Below are positions 30,215 to 46,430 of a stretch of 64,000 nucleotides of DNA, piece by piece. The notes beneath the pieces were generated by a model. It saw only the letters and a list, made by a program, of their open reading frames with translations, was not told the DNA's origin and did no database searches. This DNA is from Octopus vulgaris (taxonomy: Eukaryota). The DNA lies in the NCBI GenBank assembly GCA_951406725.2, contig OX597818.1, forward strand, positions 3,844,001 through 3,908,000. The letters are read 5' to 3'. A program made the position numbers and the translations under genes. Numbering within the stretch: position 1 is the stretch's first letter; each line of letters begins with the position of its first letter.

Positions 30215-32019
30215 TGTGATGATGATGGAGGTGGTGGTTGTTACTGCTACGGTTGCTAACGAAACCGTCTAAGACGCTGTTAACGTCGAAATTGTTTTAT
30301 TCTTCCGCCGTCTTCTTCCGGCAAATTCTCCTGTCATCGCGTTGCTACTGCTGCTTGCTACTGTTGTCCCAGTTGGGGTTGTTAAACTCATTCACGCTAG
30401 CGTTGCCGTTGCCACCACCACCGCCACTACTATTGACGCTCATGCCGTTTAAGCTACTGCCTCTTCTTTTTCGTATTCTCCTTCTCCGCCTTCTTCCCCT
30501 CCTCCTCACTCTCCTCTTCCTTCTCCTCCTCAGTTTTCTTTTAACTATTACTACTACTGCTGCTGCCGTTGCTGCCACAAAACCAGCTAACGAGGTTCCC
30601 CACCCCGTCTCACCTTACGCTTCCGAACTTCCGCCATGTTACGCGGTCAGCCAAACTGCTAGAAATAGCAGCTAACCACCTTCAAATCAATACATACCGA
30701 AGTATTAGATAACAGTTCTGATATAGGAAAGGTGTGATGGTTATGGTTAGGTCTGCTGGATCAAGGATGACCTATATAGTGTTAAACTACAACGGTAACA
30801 ACGGAACAGCTACCATCACTATCACTAACACTACTACAATCACCACCACCACCACCAACATCGTCACACACACACACACATTTACGCGCGTGCGCACATA
30901 ACCGATACTACGACTGCCTCCATCCGCAGCTGTTGACTAGCTCCTCCCTATCCTGTCAATCAAAGCTGCTCCTCCCACACCAACGTCGATTCCAATATCA
31001 CCACGCCTACTAATACCGTCACCTTCACCACCGTAAAATTCCGTCTCCTCTCCCTTCCCTACGTTATTCACCGCCAGAAATAGTTATCTTCTCCATCACC
31101 ATCGCCACCGTCGCCTTATGTGACGTCATAACTGTCGGGAATTCCGCCTACCTCCCCACCTCCCAGACCCTTCCCTCCCATCCACAACGTCATTAGTACA
31201 AGCGTGCTACAGGAGGGGTAGGAGAGCGTAGAAACTGTATCAGGTTACGTTAACCGACGTTCACGTGCAACACCACAGCTGAAACGTTAGAAACACCGCT
31301 TCCCCTCCTTCCTCTTCCACCCACTTCCTCGTTCATTCACCGTTTCTCTCTCTCTCCCTTCTCTCTCACACACACACATACACTCAGATGCAATCAGCAT
31401 GTCAGCCGACTATTTAGTTCTAAGCCGCCATCATCACCGCCGCCGCCACTATGTTTTATAACTTCAATCAGACGGTGGCACCATCTTGCTTTCATTTTTA
31501 GCGGGAAAATTGACGTTACAACTGAATGAGATGTTTTGACCCTCTTCAGCATACGTACTCACACACACACCTATATGTAACACTCAGATTACATATACAC
31601 ACACACACATACATACATACAGACATATACATATATATAACGCACACGTTATACATAACCTGAGTATATAGATACATACAAGTACATCCATATCTATCTA
31701 TCTAATCTGTGTTTGTGCGCGAGCATGTGTATGAATATATATCTAAACAGATCCAGACACGCGCGCGCAAACACACACACAAATACATGCACACACTCAT
31801 TGATACATAATCATATGCATATGTATATTCAGACTACTATAATTAACTATAATTATATTGCGACTTAACTTCCACACTTCTCATCACTAATTACCTCTAA
31901 TTGTCAGTAGTATATGCAATCAAGTCAATGGATAGAGTTAGTAATGTATTATTTCAGGTCAACCGTTCATTATATCAGACAGCTAGAACAATTTCAGTTG
32001 TTGTTATTGTTGTTGTTGC

Positions 32020-32061
<42 letters not shown>

Positions 32062-32529
32062 CGTCGTCGTCGTCGTTGTTGTTGTTGTTGTTGTTGTTGT
32101 TGCTGCTGCTGCTGCTTAATATTTCTTTAGTCCTCACCTGAAATATTCTCACCAAATGTGTTCTAGTTTTGTTCTTTTTGTATTTACTTTTTATGCACAG
32201 TATATCTAGGACTGCACCTTTCAAAATATCCTTCCTTTCGTTTTGAAGATAGTAGGATAAAAAAGTAGAGGAAATATAGTTCGTTTCTATTCATTTATTT
32301 GTTGTGGTTCTAGTTTATCACCATGTCGATTATCAGATAGTAGACTTTAAAGACTTGAAATAAAATATATTCTTCTTGCGAAATTGGCAATTCCATGAAA
32401 TGTCGATTTATTGCCGTGTTCATGTTAGATTATCTTTGTAGGTAGAATAGATTTTCTAAGGAAATGGGCTTAGTGTGTGGGAGAACAAGCTCTACAAACT
32501 GACTCAATCATGTGCAGTATTGATAAGAA

Positions 32530-32735
32530 AGCATCAAGAGGAATATAAAGGAAATTGGAATAGAGTGCCCAGTAGAACTGTTACAAAAGGTTTGCCTCCT
32601 TGGCACGATCAGAATAATCAGGAAAGTATTAGATAGCTGAAAAGAACCGATAGTGTGGTACCGTGGGCTGCAGGTAGCAAGCCCGCTACGCATGCAAGAC
32701 TCTAGGAGTTCCAACAAAACCTATGATAAAAAGAA
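32530..32735 (+). mobile_element. R4/Dong 3' tip with TAA tail
   Basis: IECPVELLQKVCLLGTIRIIRKVLDS* is a typical R4 C-terminus; short UTR then (TAA)n. Confidence 0.75.
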
Positions 32736-32755
32736 ATAATAATAATAACAACAAC

Positions 32756-32805
<50 letters not shown>

Positions 32806-32812
32806 TAACACC

Positions 32813-32856
<44 letters not shown>

Positions 32857-35800
32857 ACTGTTGCCTTCTCCTTCCTCTAAATAATAATAATAATACATTG
32901 TTGCCATGACTACAAGGAGTGACCACAGGCCGGCTACGGCTGCTATAATGGTACGATTATAATTGTAACGGCAATGATGGCCGTCTCCCCGCGAGCCACG
33001 CAGAGCTCAAAAATGATAACGTTATCGTAGCACCAAAATGTTTTTGGAAACTAAAAGGAAAACTAAATCAGTATACCAAATCGCTTGTCCTATGGTTAAT
33101 CTGGAAGCGCGTCCCCCAGGGAAGAGCCAGCCTGGGATCGAAAAGTCATCAACTGGCACAAACTCTTCTCCGAATACGGACATGGATGGCCACTTGAACG
33201 GGAAATTCCCAAACTCGAGCCCTCCAAGTTCACCACCGCAACCACCACAGAAAGAAAAATATAAGCGGAACAAATGGACCCGAGAAGAGTATAAAGAAGT
33301 AATATACGCTTATTACTATGCATTAGGTAGGCCATCTCAAGAGAGACACACCGCAAACTCTTACAGTATATGGAGAACACGGAATCAAGACAGTAGACCC
33401 TATTTGGACGAGAACAAATTGGCAAATGTGAGGAGGGATATCCTTAGAAATAACAGACTCACAGACAGTGAAATAAGCACGATCAAGCACGCAACGGAAC
33501 ATGACATAAATATAAGACACAAAGGAAATGAAGAATCAGATGAACAGAATAGCCCGCCACGAGGCTTAATTGAAAGACTGCCATCTGACCAAAGCACGCA
33601 AAGGCCTGAAGATACAAGAAATTCTATTGAACCTGTTTTAGATAGTCAGGAAAATGATAAAACAACAGTAACTGAAGATCTCGCATTTGCTGAAGAACAC
33701 AGAGAGTCTATGGCAGAAATGAGTCAGAAAATCCTGAATACGCTTGAAATTGTAAGACATACAAGTATGAATGATAGAGAACCACTTCATAAACTCTCAA
33801 ATACAAACCAAAATAAAAAACAAATCCAAATTGGCAACTATGTAACAAATGAAATAATACAAGAATTAAAACCTGATTTTACTGAGTTAAATGAAATTAT
33901 TTACGCTTCTGCTCGGGCAATTGAAATCAGCTGTATGCCCCCGAAAAAACAAAGAAAACAAAACCTGGGAAGAAATCAAACCTGGAGAAGTAAAATTGAA
34001 AAAGAGATTGAATTTATGAGAGGGGAAATATCAATATTAAATCAACTAGTATGTGGAAATGATGTAAGATCCAGATCAGGAAGAAAGATGAAGAGAAAAT
34101 TTGGATCCTCACCAAGAGAAGAACTGATATCAATAAAAGAAACGCTGAAACAAGCAAAATCTCAAAGAATACGAAGATTTGAGAAGAGAAACAAGTTTTA
34201 CAAGCAAAATAAGCTGTTCACATCCAATGCCAAAAAATTCTACAGAGAAATAGGGAAGGAGAAAGTAACCGTTAAAGACCTCCCTCCCATGGAAGAAGTT
34301 CAAAACTTTTGGAAAAGGATTTGGAGTGACGAGGAGACGTACAACATAAATGCAGATTGGATTATACAAACAGAAGGATCCTACCAAAATTTACAACAAC
34401 AAACATGGGAAGACATCACAATACCAGACCTAAGAAAAGCACTCACGAAGACCCATAATTGGAAATCCCCCGGTAAAGATAGGGTGCCGAATTCCTGGCT
34501 CTCATCGCTCCCATGCGCACACGGTAAGCTAGTTCAACTGCTCAATGGAATTATGAGAGACCCAAAGAAAACACCTGAATGGTTAGCAAGTGGTATTACT
34601 TACCTACTCCCAAAGAATAACGAAACCAAACTTCCAAAAAAACTATCAGCCTATAACCTGTTTATCCACCACGTTTAAAATCCTAGCATCTAACCTGGCG
34701 AAGAAACCATATGCATTCATGGAGAAGAACGATATTTTCCCCATTGAACAAAAAGGGTGCCGCCGAGGCTCTTACGGATGCAAAGATCAACTGCTAATTA
34801 ATCGTATGATCCTTGAGAACTGTCACAACAAGCGCAGAAATCTCAGCTCCGCGTGGATTGACTATAAAAAGGCCTTCGACAGTATACCGCATTCATGGAT
34901 CTTGAAATCGCTGGACATCTTCAAAATTTCCCCTGTGATTTCAAGCTTCCTGAAGCATAATATGTCGTTGTGGAATACGAATCTCCAATTATACCACTCT
35001 AATGGAGTACTTGCCTCAGAGAATATAAACATCAACTGTGGCATTTTCAAGGTGACTCACTTTCACTTCTAATATTCTGCATAGCCCTAATACCCCTTAC
35101 AAGTGAATTAAACAGAACAGGGTATGGGTATAAAATTGTCAATAAAAAAATAAGCCATCTATTTTATATGGATGACTTAAAACTCTATGGTAAAGACGAT
35201 AATGAACTTGAAGGCCTATTGCGCACTGTGAAAGCATTCAATGATGACATCGGGATGGAGTTTGGGCTTGAGAAGTGTGCCAAGGCCACTTTCCAGAAAG
35301 GGAAAGTGAAGACCACAAATTCAGTCGTGTTAGATGTTGACACAGTCATAAGAGAGCTTGAGCAAGAACAAACCTACAAATATTTAGGGATAAATGAAGG
35401 CTCTGGTATTCAGCATGCAAGCATGAAAGAGTAGATCAGGAAGGAATATTATAGGAGTGTACGAGCAGTCCTGAAATCTGAACTAAATGCACGTAACAAG
35501 GTGTTAGCTATACATTCCTTAGCAGTTCCAGTTGTTACTTATTGCTGAGTGAAGTAAAGAAAATAGATAGGAAAATACGCAAGCTGCTGAATTGTAATAG
35601 GATGCACCACCCAAAGGCAGACGTAGATCGCCTTTACCTCCCCAGAGCCTAAGGAGGTCGAGGCCTGATCCAATTTGAACTAGCTTACAAAACAACCCCA
35701 ATTGGACTGGCCAAATATCTTGAAATAACGAATGACTGGATGCTAAAGCTCGTGGAAAATCACGAGAGACGAAAGAAGCTTCATTCTATCATAAAGGAAA

Positions 35801-36553
35801 GCAAAAAAATTGCTATTGATCTCGTGCAGGATACCTAAACTGAACAACCCGAGGGAAGTACGGCAACTATTGTTGCAAAGAAGGTGAAAATGATGGCAAT
35901 GAAGAAAGCGCACGAGCAATTGGCTGATAGGTAGGAGGAGAAACCTCTGCACGGCAAATATGTGGCCCGTAGCAAACAAGCTGATGTTGACCAGAAGCAA
36001 ACCCATCAGTGGCTACAGAGCTCAGGGCTAAAAGCAGAGAGCGAAGGTTTCATCCTGACTGCTCAAGATCAAAGCCTATTAACCCGGAACTACCAGGCCA
36101 ATGTGATGAAAAATGGAGCAGACCCAAAATGCCGATTCTGCAATGACATGATTGAAACAGTGGACCACCTAATCTCTGGATGTAAAGTCTTAGCACCAGT
36201 GGAGTATAAATTAAGACATGACAGAGTTGGCCAATATCTACACTGGCTAATAAGTCGGCATTACAATATCAAAACTGCCGACAAGAGGTATAATCACCAC
36301 CCTGAAGCTGTAACTGAAGGAGAAAATGTAACGATTCTGTGGGACTTTCCAGTACATACAGACCGAACCATCAAAGCCAATAAACTGGATATTGTTGTGA
36401 AAGACCAAAACAATAAAGTTTGCTTATTGATCGACATGAGCATCCCCTGTGATCATAATATCTCGGCGAAAGAACTTGACAAGCTCAGAAAATATAAAGA
36501 CCTGCTCATTGAAATTGAGAAAATGTGTCATCTCAAGGCGGTTACAATACCAG
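32857..36553 (+). mobile_element. R4/Dong-type LINE, near full-length, 3' end replaced by a SINE
   Basis: 546-aa open N-terminal ORF 33038-34678 (KWTREEY..., FWKRIW, WKSPGKD), then YQPITCL, WIDYKKAFDS, YMDDLK, CRFC..HLISGC, RHD, LIDMSIP. 5' end in a TAA tract. Confidence 0.92.
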
Positions 36554-36819
36554 TTTGAATTCAGAACGTAGCGACAGATGAAATGCCTATTTCTTTACTA
36601 CCCTCAAGAGGCTAAACCCATAGAAGACAAACAAGGACAGACAAACGCATTAAGTCGATTATATCGACCCCAGTGCGTAACTGGTAGTTATTTAATCGAC
36701 CCCGAAAGGATGAAGGGCAAAGTCGACCACGGTGGAATTTGAACTCAGAACGTAGCGACAGATGAAATACCGCTAAACATCACGCCCGGAGTGCTAACGA
36801 TTCTGCCAGCTCACCACTT

Positions 36820-36820
<1 letters not shown>
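36554..36820 (-). mobile_element. tRNA-derived SINE (same family as 17090) with a ~35-bp partial duplicate
   Basis: Reverse complement of the 17090 SINE; tttgaa(t/c)tcagaacgtagcgacagatgaaat occurs at ~36554 and ~36738. Confidence 0.85.
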
Positions 36821-36888
<68 letters not shown>

Positions 36889-36890
<2 letters not shown>

Positions 36891-37950
36891 CCAAAGAAAT
36901 AAACATGAAATTTGCCTTAGAAAAATGTATCAAAACAACCTTGAAAAGAGGAAAACTAGTTAAGAGTAACAATATCACACTAGATAAAGCAAATGAAATA
37001 AGAGAATTAGACCAAAGCTAAACATACAAATACTTAGAAATCAATGAACTAAATACGACACAACATACACATATGAAAGATAAGATAAGAAAGGAATACT
37101 ATAGGCGAGTTTGATTAATACTGAAAACAGAGCTCAATGCGAAAAACAAGATAATAGGTATCAACACTCTAGCCGTCCGAGTTAGAAGTTACAGCTACAA
37201 TATTCTTAACTGGAATCTAAATGAACTAATCAAAATAGAGAGGAAAACAAGAAAAATAATGAGAGGCTTTAGGATGCACCACCCAAAATCTGACATAGAA
37301 AGATTATATAAACAGCGTATCGAAGGTGGTAGAGGCCTTATACAGCTAGAAAACTATTACAAAATAACCACCGCCGGACTAACGAAATATCTACTTCAGA
37401 AACAAGGAAAACTAATATAAATAGCCACAAAACACGAACAAAACAAAAATATTTTGAAGTCTTTAAGGAAGCTGACAAATACAAAAAAGAAGTCATAGTA
37501 CCTAACAACTATGAAGAGAGAGAAGAAACAGCAAAAGCTGTAAAATACTGAAATCCAAACTAAAACTGGAACAGCAACAGATCATGATAGAACAATGGCA
37601 AGAAAAGCCCCTACATGGCAAATATTGGGTTAAAGAAATAGACAAAGCAAAATCCCAACAATGGCTGAGAAGCTCGGGGTTCAAAATAGAGACTAAAGGA
37701 TTTTTAATTGCAGCACAAGATCAAAGCCTCTCCACCAAAAATCACCAAAATCACGTAATGAAAAGAAATACAAGTAACTGCAGAATATGTGGTGATGGAG
37801 AAGAAACAATAAGCTATATTGTCTCTAGCTGCCCAGTCTTGGCTAAGAAGGAATATATTCACAGACACGACAGAGTTGGGACCTATATACACTGGAAGTT
37901 ATGCCAACACTAAGGAATAACAACAGAAAAAAGATCGTATAGGCATACGC
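36889..37950 (+). mobile_element. R4/Dong family A internal fragment, inverted relative to 7903-9597
   Basis: KEINMKFALEKC..KRGKLVKSNNITLDK and WQEKPLHGKYW..CRICGDG..HRHDRVGTYIHWKLCQH are near-identical to ORF 8077-9564. Confidence 0.9.
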
Positions 37951-37995
37951 CATTGCTAAGAATTTTGTCTGGTGCGCTAACAATTCTGTCAGCTC

Positions 37996-38083
<88 letters not shown>

Positions 38084-38099
38084 TAATAAAAATAATAAA

Positions 38100-38856
<757 letters not shown>

Positions 38857-39899
38857 AAGAAGAAGAAGAAGAAGAAGAAGAAGAAGAAGAAGAAGAAGAA
38901 GAAGAAGAAGAAGAAGAAGAAGAAGAAGAAGAAGAAAAAAGACCAACAATAACCACAAAGAAATGTGTTTCAAAATTATCTTATTCCTGTTGAAATTTAA
39001 ATCTCTAGCTGTGTATCATCCCTTATGAGGTACGTTTGTGTGTGGGATGGGGGGAAATACTTGCGTGGCATAACAATGTATAACAAAATATTTATAGCAA
39101 AATAAAAATATTGTCAGAAGCAAGCTAAAAATGTTTAAAATAAGAAATACAAGAAAAAAAAAAAAACCCTGAAGTATGTATGGATTATCGTGAGTGCGGT
39201 GAGGTAAAATAGATGTCACATTCACTGGGAAATATTGCTCAGTCACCCCATCAGTTGCTATTGTTATAGCAACGTCAAGTAACGTTGCTCTGTTCTAGAA
39301 TCAGATTTGGAAAACATGTTCTTGTGGTGTTTTGTAAGAGTATCTGTTGATAGATAAATCTCTGACTGCTTGCTAACTATTTTCTTAAACACACCCTGCT
39401 GTTGTTGTACAGCAAGAGCTGCTACCTGGCACTCTAACTGCTGGAAAGTGCAACCATATTTTCCTCAAATTATACTTTTCCATCATGAAAAGAAAGTACA
39501 CATTAGAAAATATAATATCCAGGATAGTTGCGGTTGAAATGTCTTTGATCATAAGTCTATTCAATGACGGCTGATCTGGAGCTAAGCAACAGCAATATAT
39601 CATTGGTAGTGTTATTATTTTTTTTGTTGTTAAGTCCCATGGGATGAGTTTTATCCGACAGATCTTTGACATGTTGTGGAGTTCATGATGTGACATGTGG
39701 AATTCATGGAGTGACTAATCGTGTAGTTTCAGTGATGAAAATGAACGTAATTCATTTGTAAGTAGGAAACAATGTAACTTCACCGGAACATCCCCGCCAA
39801 ACTAGACATCTACCAATTATCCGAGTGTTTTTTTTGTGGGGGGAGGGCTAGATTTTTGTTGTAACTGGAGGGAACAACTCTGCCCATGGCTCCACAGGC

Positions 39900-40443
39900 T
39901 TTCCTAGATCAGTGAGATCGATGTCATTAATGTACCACTTAAACCTTTGTGAACGAAGGGCTGACGTTCTTGGAAATGAAGTGATTAGTGATAAGTGATT
40001 AGTGAAAGGTCTGGTGGAGTTGAGTAGAGGAGAAACAATTGGGACTGGAATGTTTGAGTGGAGTGGGGGAGGCTTATGCTCAGTCAGCTCCGAGGAACAT
40101 TGGCAGAAAAGGCAGAGAGAGAAGACAGTGTACCTGACAGTAAGAGAGTAGAGTGAATATGTGAGTAACTTGATATCAGTCAGTTACGTGGTCCATTTCT
40201 GGATGGGGTCTTGGATATCAGTATGGATTAAACAACATCATCCTATATGTGAGCACAATACTTCATTGTGGACCACAGCTGAACTTTGTTGGGGATGAAG
40301 TGTCTTCTGTCCCCGAAGAGAAGGGTCAGACGTTGAGATGTAGTCGTAGGTGTGTTAATAATGGGTTTTTGCTGAGAGTGATTTTCCTTGACAGTGAGGT
40401 CCAACATTTCAGTGATTTTGATGGTTATATTTGAGTGCAGGTC

Positions 40444-40500
<57 letters not shown>

Positions 40501-41350
40501 TAGGGTTTGTGTTTAGCTGTTGTCAGAGACAAGATTGGCACGTCGTCAACAGAAGATACTTTTGAGGTCTTTTTCATGATTGAATAGTGCATGGGTGGGA
40601 AAGATTAGGCGGAAATGAAGAGTAGTGTCATCGGCAGAAGAGTGGAAATTTATTGTATGTAACAGGAAGTCATTGGTGTACAGAAGGAAGGAAACGGGGA
40701 TAAAGCCAAACCCTGGAGCATGCTAGAGCTGATGGAATGAGAAACAGAGATCTCCGTCAACACATGCAACAATAGTGGAATAGTGGAATCTAATAGGAAG
40801 CTACTGATCCAAGAAATGAGAATGAAGTAGAGCCTACGGGCAGGAGGGAAGTTTCGATAAGAAACTGGCATGCCAGACACAGTCAAAAATTTTGTTGATA
40901 TTGAAGGCAATGACAACATTACTTCCACCAAATTCCTTCAAGGCGAGATAAGGGGTGTACGAAACTTGGTTACCAATGCTTCTGGTTTTACAGAAACCAT
41001 ACTTGAGGCCTTTAAAGAGTGAGTGACATTCAAGATGGTTGTCGTTGTTAATGGCTGTCTCCGAAGATACTTTTAGCATTTGGCGTTGTGGACCTGGAAG
41101 TGTGGAAAAAGAAAATAGCTTTGGAGTTTTACCAAGTGTATTGCAGTGTAGAGTTGACTGCAAAGCGGGCGGCGAAGGAGGCTTCGTCTGCGATGTACTA
41201 CTCGCAGAACCATCAAGTAAAGTGAAAGAGGATTTTGAAAATCTACTGGAAATCTTTTTGACAAAAATAAAAAGGATCAGTTTCAGTTTGGAAGGCATGA
41301 TAGTTTTAGGGCTGTACGGTACACGTGGACGAGAAATTAGATTGTGTGAT
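39900..41350 (-). mobile_element. Old CR1/Jockey-group LINE RT remnant
   Basis: Frameshifted motifs KYGF, VIAFNINKIFDCVWH, QGLALSP, HSSADDTTL. Confidence 0.65.
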
Positions 41351-43554
41351 GTTCATCTCTTTTTCATTAGCACTAACTCTCAAAAACTCAGAAATTTCTC
41401 ATGGTGATTCCTAGTTCCATAAATAATCAATTTAATCAATCTCCTATATGTTAATGATGTTTTATTGAACGGACCAGAATGAGAAGTAGACCCCCATTAT
41501 GTTTGACTCTGAGTGTGGGGACAGTAATAAATCAAGTAGAAATTAAGAAAATTATCTCTGCTTTCTCTGTAATGTTTTATTTCCTTAGAATATTTATTTT
41601 GTAGACAGCGGAAAGATGGAAGGTGATATGTGGAATTAGAACGAAGAAAACAGGATTAAATGTTGCAAGATAGTATTTAAACTAACCTACAGTTCTACCT
41701 TCTTTCACGATAAAGAATAAATTAATTATGGCGAATATTGTCAGTGTTAGTAGTAAATGTTCTATCAATCTCGTATTTGTTGTTTTTGTCTTCACTGAGT
41801 TTTGTCTGGTGTATTTGTATATTTTACCAAACTTCAGGTTTTACAAATGTGTACAACACCAATAAAGTTAGTTTTGAATTCAAGGACTATTCTCCTTTCT
41901 TCTCATTCATCTCTCTTCTTATAAGGACACAAATAGTGATCCCTCTAACTGATGGAAACGAGATTGTTCCTGAAGAAACTCTATGTCTGCACGCACTGCT
42001 CCTGTTATTACTACACTGAAATTGCACTAACAAACTGTTTTATTACTCTGATTATCTCTACTACTGCTGCTGTTAGTGAAGTTGCTATCTTCAGCAGAGC
42101 TACACCACCAACGCTACCACTACAGCCCTCACTACAACCATCACTACCACCACCATCACTACTACCACCATCACCACCACCACCTCCACCATCACTACTA
42201 CTACCACCATCACCACAATCTCCTCAGCCACAACCACAACTACCTCCACCATCACAATCACCACTACCACCATTACCACCACCACCACTATCAAAACCAC
42301 CGCCATCACCTCCGTCGCCAGCGCCGCTACTGCTGCCGCCCCACCACCATCAGACAGTAGTAATGTTGGCAGGTAATGTTTCTACTTTAAATTCCGTAAA
42401 TCTAGAAATACACATCTCCCGATACCGCAACGTCCTCCACCCCCACCTCATTCCCACCCCGCAATTGGTAACAACGTTAGCAGCAACATTGTAGCGACGT
42501 AAACTCCTCTGCTATTGTTTATAACGTTGCTACCGATGCTATCAACTCACTCCACGACTGTTGCTGCTGCTGCCAAGTACCTGTATATCCTAGTTCCTGC
42601 ATTCTTGAAATCACAAGCAAACAAAAGATCCTCTACGTGGTCTCTTTGCCTACTAGAAATTGCAGTTAAAATTCCTTTCAGTCACATTCAACTAGCTTTG
42701 AAAAGACGTTAGATAATGGGATCCTGGGTTACCAGCACAGAGGAAGAGAACAGGATTGTCACAAATAGAATATCATTGATCATAGGTCTGTTGTAACGGG
42801 CCTGATGTTAGTGTTAAACAACAACAACAATGTTATTCGGTACACGTTGAAGGTGCCGTGAATGCCTCTATAACTGCTTTGTGTAACATTGGCCATCTTG
42901 ACATATAACAGAGAACCTAGGAAATACTGCACCATCCCACATTATCCTCACATCTATACAGTCATGCGTGCAGTTAAACAGCCGACTGTTTACATGTAAA
43001 CCAAAACATCACCACCATCACCACCACCATCAGCAACAACGTTAGCCAGTGCACGTTAAGGTTGCGGTGAATGCCTCGACAGGCGTCTCGTATTACGTTA
43101 GTTACGTTTAGATGTACAAGTAAAACGTGGAAATAGCGTAAAAGTTCTTCCCCACCGCCACCCGCACAGTCACACAACCAGCACAGCAGTATACTGAAAA
43201 CACGTGGCTCAATGAAAAAAGCTTTCCGTTTCTAGTCTCAATCAGATGCTGGTGGCTTCCGTTTAATATTTGGCGCGAAAAACTAACGTCATTCTGACTG
43301 ACACATTTAGTAAATACGCTCACTCACCCATTTTCTTTCTCTTTCTCTCTTTCTCTCTCTCTCTCTTTTTCTCTCTCTTACTCTCTTTCCTTCTCTCTCT
43401 TTCTCTCACTCGCTCACATACACGCGCGCATACACACGCACGCACACACAAGTACATACACACACACATACACACACACACATACAGACATATAGACACA
43501 GATATAGGTACTGACAGTCACATATCAGCACACAAACTCACGCAAACACACATA

Positions 43555-43756
43555 CGAGGGGGTGCTGAAAAGTTCCTGGTTTGGGGTAAAAGAAAATACT
43601 ACAGGATCAGTTAATTATGATTTTATTTAACATATTCCCCACTCAGATTCACACACTTATTGCAGCAGTCCTTTAGTCTTTCTAAGCGACTGTAAAAGAA
43701 CTCGGAAGGTCGGGCCTTCGACCAGGCCTTAACCTGTATTTTTCAGCACTCTCTCA
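43555..43756. mobile_element. Mariner-type MITE with TA TSD
   Basis: TA|cgagggggtgctgaaaa ... ttttcagcactctctca|TA imperfect TIRs; a tacgaggg terminus is typical of mariner. Confidence 0.75.
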
Positions 43757-43795
43757 TACACACAGATAGTACATACATATATACACATATTCACA

Positions 43796-43860
<65 letters not shown>

Positions 43861-45555
43861 GTTTTAACAAATCGTGTCCTACCGAAGATTTCTGGTGTCA
43901 TCTGAATTTCTCCCCACTTCCTCTCTCAGTTAGTTCCCTTTTGTTTGTTTGCAAATCGATTTTAGTTAATCCAGATATTGATTCAAGAAATTTCTCTTTC
44001 ATGATGTTGTAGATTCGATTATCAAATCAGGTGACTTGTTGCGTTCTTGAGCAAAATATTTCATTTTACTTTGTTTCACAAGTCAACTGAAAATGACCAC
44101 CAGTGGCACCTTAGGGTTAAACCTCTGACGAATCGTTGGCCCGTTCGGTAGAAATCTTGCTCTATCAGACTGAAAAGCCCAGATAAGTCCCAACTTCACT
44201 AGCCTACTGTAGGGCTCGAGGTACACCCCAAAAGCAAAGAAGTTTAGCATTCGGGAGTGGAGCTGTTTCTGAGAGGGTAATATTCAGAATACTATCACCT
44301 TGTGATCTGTTGGTATTTTGTGAGAAAAATTAATGCTGGATAAAGAATGCTTTTTCAATTATAGTTTCTTTCTCTAACAGAACTGATTACAAAATCAATG
44401 AGAATTCATATCGTGCCAGAACATCTCAGACGTAACCTTTAGTGAGGTACTATATAGTTTAATGTTTCATGACCGACTTTTCAGAAGTTCTACTTCAATA
44501 CTAGACGGTTCTATTGCGGCCTGTGTTACATACTGTAAGGATGTCGCTTACACAGAAGAAAATAGTTAAGGTGGAATAAATTTGGTATGCCTACGTGAAA
44601 TCAAGAGATTTTGAAATTACGAAATTCGGAAAGTGTGTTATGTATACACAGATGCACATATAGAAAGTTACATATATAGTTGTGTGTTTGTGTGTGTTGT
44701 GTGTGTGCGTATGTGTGTGTGTATGTGTGTGTTGTGTGCGTGCGCGCGCGCGCGTGTGTGTGTGTGTGTGTGTGTTCTCTTCTCTGAAGAAAAGTCCTTC
44801 CCAGTGAGTTATAATTATTAAATATACAAAATTATCATTTCAATTAACGGGGAAGCATCTACATGGTCGTTCTGTCTACTACAAAATAGCCGCCCAAATT
44901 CCCTCTAATCCAATTTTATCGTCTACTCGTTATACCTCTTAATACACAACGACGGAAAAGGCGCATGGCCAGAACACCTTTGATCATGGTCCACCCGAGT
45001 ATAACTGACCTGATTCAACTTTCCAGGATTTGTTTTAAAATAAGTTCTCCTGCCTTCGTTTTTTTTTTCTTTTTAACCAGTTTCGTGGTTGTTCTGTTAT
45101 TCTTCTTACTCTAATACTGTTTAAATAGTAACAAATCTGAGTCTAGTATTCTGGTTAATTTGTTTAAACGTACTTTAAGCAACAGAAAAATACTGAACTC
45201 TAAAGCTTAATAAATTGCACATTCCTCGTGCCTTTGATATAGTTTGGAGCTTTACTTTTTAAGTATCTATGTTCATTAACTTATTTGCTGCCGCCGCGAC
45301 TGCTCCGACGTGAGTTAATGACCCCGCTAATGATAATACCAACTTCCAGTCCATAGGAAACCTGTTGTAACCATATTCAGCAAAACTGCTACCAAGAATA
45401 CCATCTAAAGTATGAGAAATACCATTTAACTACCCCTTTCACCAAATACTTCGATTAAAAAGAAAGTAAAAAGTTACCGAGTTATATAAAGGTGTGCTCT
45501 ACATCACAACATTACCTTATACACACATACACACACACACACTCACACACACATA

Positions 45556-45625
<70 letters not shown>

Positions 45626-45853
45626 CGTCACCGTCACCGACCAGGCTATCAGATGTTGCTACACATCGCTGGTCACAATGCGCTTCGCATTGTTTTAGCT
45701 TTCAAATGACGCCACCCCACTGGCTAAGCGGACAGGCCAATATATATATATATATATATATATTATACATAATTATGCATAATTTACTCCTATCGGCCCA
45801 GCGACAGAATAGAAAGCGTGTTTGAATGTGGATGAGGAAGTCTGTTTCTTCTC

Positions 45854-45936
<83 letters not shown>

Positions 45937-46169
45937 TGTATTTCATTTTGATATTTGGTCAGCTGTTATATTTTGTGTTGTTTGGTAAAAGTTAATGGAA
46001 CTGAATGATTCAATAATGGCATACAGCAATTAGCGTGAGGAGTTGAGGGTGGGGGTTGGAAAGCTTATCGGGTGTTTAGCAAACTGACCATCTATATAAC
46101 TATGTATGTTTGTGTACGTGGGTAAGTGTTTGTGGGTGTGCGTTTTCATACGTATGTACATAGATACAT

Positions 46170-46430
46170 ACCTGTAATTATAGGTGCACTTGGATGTGTA
46201 ACACACTACCGAAATACCAATCTTGAGAAATTAGGCTTCTCAAAACCAGAAAGGAGAAGGCTGATTTGAAGACTACAGATCCAATCCATCACTGGAACTG
46301 TAAAAATCTGTAAAACTTTTCAGAAGTTTAACATTTAAGTATATATGAGCATGTCTAGATATGCAACTATATGCATGAGAATACAGACATAAAACAAAAC
46401 GTACGAAGCTGCACATATACATACATACAC
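46170..46430 (+). mobile_element. R4/Dong family C 3' tip with CATA tail
   Basis: PVIIGALGCV...QIQSITGTVKICKTFQKF; reverse complement of ~14905-15135. Confidence 0.85.

Noticed and set aside
32928-33000. HDV-like ribozyme at the R4 5' end (ggccggc start, tctccccgcga loop)
   Set aside because: No complementary P1 strand or P1.1/P2 pairing found by eye.
44125-44155. Hammerhead-like CTGACGA...GAAA
   Set aside because: Stem II is out of register and no stem III partner or cleavage triplet could be formed.
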